Assembly: GCA_010015585.1 (NCBI GenBank)
Contig: ML975152.1
Reading direction: 5' to 3' (one strand)
Source: Eremomyces bilateralis CBS 781.70
Taxonomy: Eukaryota
Length of the DNA stretch: 64,000 bases
Shown: positions 59,253 to 64,000 of the stretch, piece after piece
Position numbering within the stretch: position 1 is the first letter of the stretch
Layout of the letters: the number at the start of each line of letters is the position of its first letter
Made by a program: the position numbers and the translations under genes
The notes under the pieces: model-generated
Seen by the model: only the letters and a program-made list of their open reading frames with translations
Database searches by the model: none
Told to the model about the DNA's origin: nothing

Positions 59253-59724
59253 TCACCCAAGATAGCCGTCGCCCAACAGCTGAATGCTTCCGCACACCAT
59301 ATCTGTAGGGCGGATGATCTTCCACCATCGGGGCCGCGCGCAACCACAGATGGTCATCGTGTTCGTCGGGACATCGAACAACTCCACCAATCCAGACGTC
59401 TGCAATGAGACAATGACATTAGCCCAACCCTCCTAAGTTCTTCGACACCCAAGAACCCCTCCGTCCGATCTCCAAAAACTCGCGAGATGCGCCCGTCCCC
59501 ACAGCTCTACATACCTGACACTCCCAAAACTCCCTTCCTCTTCCCTCCGGATTTATATCCCGCAATAGCGCCGCCACCGCTGCCTCTGCGAACGCCGGCG
59601 GCAGGCAGTAGATCAGAACCGCGGACGAGAGGAGGCCGAGGCCGAGGCCGAGGACGAAGCCGGCGAGGAGGGCGCAGAGGACTTTTTGCCAGTGGGGGCG
59701 GTGGGTGAACCAGTTGGGGTCCAT
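59253..59724 (-). CDS. Small single-TM Cys-containing protein (~118 aa), 2 exons
   Basis: Exon 1 ends EFWECQ at a CAG|GTATGT donor. Intron 59514-59400 has CTAAT...TTGCAG. Exon 2 continues in frame TSGLVELFDVPTNTMTICGCARPRWWKIIRPTDMVCGSIQLLGDGYLG*. Confidence 0.55.
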
Positions 59725-60017
59725 GGTGGGATGGGATTAGAGGGGGGATAGGGGTAGAAACTAGGGAGGGAGGAGGGGAGGGAAGGTGGTGAGAGAAGCT
59801 GAAGTTATGGTTGATGGGGATATTTCTGGGCTGATGGGAGACACGTGCGGAGATAGCGGAGTTGATATGTGACGCGTTTCTTCCTTAACATATACAAAAG
59901 CAACCCTTCGTACGGTTTCACAAATTTACGATCAGAACATCAATTTTATTTTAGATGGAGTAATAGGACGTATTTCTTGCCATTCACAGATCCATCTCAA
60001 AAACCTATACAAACAAC

Positions 60018-61136
60018 CTACAACTTAGCCTTCCCCCCCACCACCCTCACCAACGCCCTCCCATTACTCAACGCCACCTTCCCTCCCACCACCTTCGTCA
60101 CGAACCTCAACTCTTCAAACCCCTTCCCATCCACACTCCCCGTCCGCCAAATCTCCGTCACCAACTTATCACCGGGCTTCACGGGGCTCGCGAACCGCGC
60201 CTGGAACTCCCGCATGTTCGCGGGGTCCGACCCGCCGAACAGCTTCAACACCCCGTGCGCCGCCGCGTTCCACGAGAACAGCCCGTGCATGATCGTGCCG
60301 CCGAAGCCCATCTGCACGCCGGGGACCGGGTCCGCGTGCAGGGGGTTATAGTCGCCGTTGAGGCGGTAGAGATGCGCGGTTTCCGGGGTGGTTTGGACGG
60401 TGTAGGTAGCGTCGGGCTTCTTGTCGGCGGGGGGGTTGAAGGTGGGGTTTTTGGGGCCTGGAGAACAATGTTAGCGTGACAAGACCGGATTGCGTGGGTG
60501 AGGGGAAGTGGTTAACGGCATGTCGCTATGAACGCGTCTAGAAGGAGATCGAGGCTAGGAAATGTCGAACTCACCCTTCGGTCCGCCCCATCCGCCCTGC
60601 CCAACGTAGAACCCGCTCCCAATCACCGTCGTATACACCTCCCCACTCAGCTTATCCACCAAGCTGCTCTCGGTCTCGACGACGGTGCCGGGCTTCCCCT
60701 TGTCGTAGACGCCGATGACTTTGGAGCGCACCTCGAACTGGCGGCCCTCGCTGGTGGTCGGGATCGGCTTGAGGAAGGTCATCTTCCGCTCACCATCCAC
60801 GGTGCGCTTGCTGTCGAGCTTCGGGACGCCGGGGATCGGCGTGGCGGACGCACGGGCATAGAAGTCGATGACTTCTTGGTTGGTGTGCTTGAAGGGGAGG
60901 ATGATGGGATAGGTGGGAAAGACGGCGAACTCTGGGTGGAGTTCCTGGGTGGGTTAGCTGGGAGGGTTTCGACTTTCGAGATAGATGGGACGGGATGGCG
61001 ATGGAGAGGAACATACGTAGAGGAAGTGAAGCTCATCGACCGTAGCGCCGATGCTGTTCGCAAACAGCAACGCATCCCGCTTCAACCACGAGACATCGAA
61101 GGAGGGGAACTCAAAGCCGGCGCCTGGGGAGCTCAT
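60018..61136 (-). CDS. MaoC-type (R)-specific enoyl-CoA hydratase 2, peroxisomal, 3 exons
   Basis: KRDALLFANSIG, LHFLY|ELHPEFAVFPTYP, hydratase-2 motif LYRLNGDYNPLHADP, IMHGL, ARFASPVKPGD and C-terminal PTS1 -AKL. Introns 61016-60945 and 60574-60458. Confidence 0.92.
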
Positions 61137-62521
61137 GTTGTCGATTGGGGTATTCCACGGGTACTAATTGTCTCGTCGAATGAAAGGAGGATTGAATATT
61201 TGGAAGTATCAGACGGCTTCTCTCAACTTGCAATGGATGTCGAAATAAAAGAATCGATGGACGGGGAAGCTCGCGGATTTTCTCCCACGCGGAGAAGCTG
61301 GCGATGGGGGACCCAGCCATGGCCGGTTGCCGAGGTTGCCGGTGCCGGAGCTTGACAGCGGTGACGCGATTAGTAGACGCCATTGGGGAATCGTGAGGAG
61401 AAGTCGTGTTGGAAATGAGAGTTGGGTTTTGAATTAATGGGGGAATTGCGTTCCCTAAATACTGTGGTGGCACGAAGCGGAACGCTGTAAAATGCGGGTG
61501 GAAGTGCAGGTACGTACCATGGTAGGTGGTGATAGTGGCTTGGGACGAAGATCCGTACTACCACAACTCCTACGAGACATCAACTACAGTCACGAAGATC
61601 ACATCAAGTCCAAGCACCATGAAAGAATTATCAACTTTTTGACTACCGAGCCCTCTTCGTCTCGTCACCAAGATCGGGCATCCGACTAAGTATATCAAGG
61701 TCCCGCTCCGCACCACCGTTCGCCAGTCGAAACAGAAGCACGATATGTCCACGCTGCTGAGAACCTGTCATCGGCAAACTGTATCCATCATCCTGGTGAT
61801 AGAGCACTGGCTAGACCGTGCTGTTCTGCCTTCTCCGCCTATGTACGAGCTTCTATTCTCCAAGAAGCTCATCAGGTGATGACTGACCGTATGTCGAAGC
61901 CAACCCAGCCCTTTCTCCTCTCTCCATGCCGCGCTCCACCGCTATGTAGATAGTCACCGATCCATCGTAAACAGCACACCGCGCATCCGACCGCCCCGAA
62001 AACGAAGGGGGTGAGGGAAGAGAAGGTGATGACCATGAGAAATTATGGAACGCACGGCCCAAACAAAAAGAAAGACGGGCCGGAAGATGCAGAGCGAAAA
62101 TGATGCACGCATGCGGGGATCCCCGATTCAAGCGAATCCGAAAATCGGGACCATGTAGAATCAACGCTCCGTGGGAATGCTAATCAACCGTGCCCAGCCA
62201 CACCGAATTGATGAAGTTCGAGAAAGAGAGAGAGAAAAGGGGGTTTGCCACACTCCCGGTTGCAGATATGCAATGGGTGTGGACGGGCAACGTGAAAGTG
62301 ATGATGATGATGTCCATGGGGGAAAAAAAACCGCAAAAACTCCGAAAATGACGCCGCCTGTGTGCGTGGGAATCGTGGGTACGTCGTGCTCGCCGATGGA
62401 TGGATATGTACGTATAAGTAAACTCTCATTGTGCTCATTGTAGAATGGTTCCGTTGGTATCCCTTGCTCCCTTTCTCGGATACCCTCGATGCTGAGAAAA
62501 TGAGGGGTGGTCGATTCGGAA

Positions 62522-63959
62522 TTACGGATCGAACCCGCCCTGGAAGAGATGATCGTCGTGCTCCACCCCGCTCATCCGGTCGCCGCGCTTCGGGTCGGGG
62601 AAGTCCTTATCCCAATCCCCGTCCTCGTCTCCCTCGTCCATCTGGTCGTAGTCGTGCGCGTCCGGTTGGAACCGCCCGTCGAAATGCTTGTCGATCGAGC
62701 TCTCGTCCACGAACGTGAAGCCCTTGAAGTTCGCCTGCAGCGTCGGACTCAGCGGTGTGGACGCGGTGTTGACGCCCGAGGCGAGGGCCGCGGCGCGCGC
62801 GTTGAGCGAGCCTACGCCGCTACTCAGCGCGTTGGTGAATTCCGGGTCGAAGTTGGAGACGTCGAGCTCGGACTTGAGCTTCGGCTTGAAAGGCGGGACG
62901 ACGTTCTTCTTCATCAGCGCGTCCCAGTCGACGTCTTCGAAGAACGGGTGCGCTTTCAGCTCCTCAGCGTCGCCGGTGAAGCCGAGGCGGTGCTTCGGAT
63001 TGCGGTTCAGCAGGCCCTTGACGAAGTTGCGGCCTTCGGTGCTGAGCGCGTCGCGCGGGAAGCGGACTTTGCCGAACGCGATGTTCTTGTACATCTGCTG
63101 GGTGTCCTCCGCGTAGAAGGGCGACCAACCGCAGCACATTTCGAAGACGAGAACGCCGAGGGACCAAAAATCTACCATCTTGCCATATCCTTGTTCGTCC
63201 AGAAGAACCTCGGGTGCGAGGTATTCAGTCGTGCCGCAGAACGTGTTGGTGGTGGCGTTGCCGGTCAGGTTCGCTTTCGAGAGACCGAAATCGCAAAGCG
63301 CGATATGTCCGTTCGCGTCGAGGAGGATGTTCTCGGGTTTGAGATCACGGTATACGATATCGTGGTCGTGCAAATGCTGAAGAGCGAGGATGAGTTCAGC
63401 GATGTAAAACTTCGCGCGGGCTTCGGAGAAGCGGCCTTCTTTCTGGAGATGCCAGAAAAGCTCGCCGCCGGACATGTAGTCGGTGACCAGGTAGAGGTCG
63501 GTGGGGGTTTGGAAGGAGAATTTGAGGGCGACGATGAAGGGAGAGTCGGCCATGGCCGTCCGCACCAGGATATTCCTCTCGCCTAGCGTATGCGCCACCT
63601 CCTTCTTCTGCACGATGACTTTCTTCGAGAGGACCTTCATGGCGTAGATCCTTCCGGTATCCTTCTTGCGCACCTGGAAGACCTGTCCGAACGTGCCTTT
63701 TCCGATTAGCTTCAGGATCTGGAAATCCTCCGGCCCATAGTGCCTTTTTGACACCTTGTGGAACGCGATTCGCAGATGGATCTCTCCCGTGACTTTCTCG
63801 ACATCTTCTCCTTCCCGAGCTTCCAGCGTGAACCAGCCGTCATGTGCCGTTTCGTATTCGATGAGGGTCGGACAGAATCGGATATGCCCAAGGAACGCAT
63901 CCTGATTGGAGCGATCGTACACGGAGATGTCGATCTCCGAATGCCCGCCTACAACGTCG
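62522..63959 (-). CDS. SCH9: AGC kinase Sch9/Sck1, last exon (gene continues off the right edge)
   Basis: End of C2 domain, GKGTFGQV, YAMKVLSKK, YRDLKPEN, DFGLSK, TNTFCGTTEYLAPE and hydrophobic motif FKGFTFVDE. Acceptor TAG at ~63960. Confidence 0.95.
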
Positions 63960-64000
63960 CTACACGTTCCGTCAGTTACTTCTCGATGCGAGTACTTATA

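Noticed and set aside
29544..61136. Possible peroxisome or secondary-metabolite gene cluster (C2H2 factor, IDO, peroxin, MaoC hydratase)
   Set aside because: No backbone enzyme or transporter, and the genes are interspersed with many unrelated housekeeping genes.
62507..63586. 359-aa plus-strand ORF antisense to SCH9 (likewise 17538-18347, 35618-36343, 37473-38109, 54033-54774, 58293-58919, 60528-61355)
   Set aside because: Shadow ORFs expected from GC-rich codon usage of the real gene on the opposite strand; no recognisable motifs.
1..64000. tRNA, rRNA, TPP riboswitch, telomeric arrays, CRISPR or transposase/RT genes
   Set aside because: None recognised by eye; tRNAscan-SE, cmscan and RepeatMasker runs would be needed to exclude short or diverged elements.

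Overview
Gene-dense, intron-containing DNA of a filamentous ascomycete (Pezizomycotina-like; GT-AG introns mostly 45-120 nt with CTRAC branch points). About 22 protein genes are supported, mostly housekeeping. In order: RAD26/CSB (5' part), a small membrane protein, an F-box protein, RRD2, a low-complexity protein, HCS1/IGHMBP2 helicase, NAD kinase, SmD2, a hypothetical protein, an AmdX/Adr1-like C2H2 factor behind a ~7.5 kb gene-free region, IDO (BNA2), a Pex24/Pex29-family peroxin, a Ser/Pro-rich protein spanning a 95-N gap, TAF14, YRB1, a type II membrane protein, a GT15 mannosyltransferase, a DUF4604 protein, TUL1/DscA, RPC31, an Hsm3-like protein, a small spliced membrane protein, a MaoC-type hydratase and SCH9 (3' part). 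I found no recognisable transposon, tRNA, rRNA, riboswitch or biosynthetic gene cluster, and no clearly new multi-gene system. The best leads are: (i) block-wise C-rich then G-rich switching of synonymous codons inside many genes, (ii) a candidate Atg39/CCPG1-like autophagy receptor, (iii) a candidate PP2A-B56-docking protein, (iv) dense CreA/Adr1-type sites and uORFs before the C2H2 factor, (v) CpcA-type sites before IDO, and (vi) unexpected or cryptic PTS1 termini. Splice models were read by eye and family assignments come from motif recall, not database searches.
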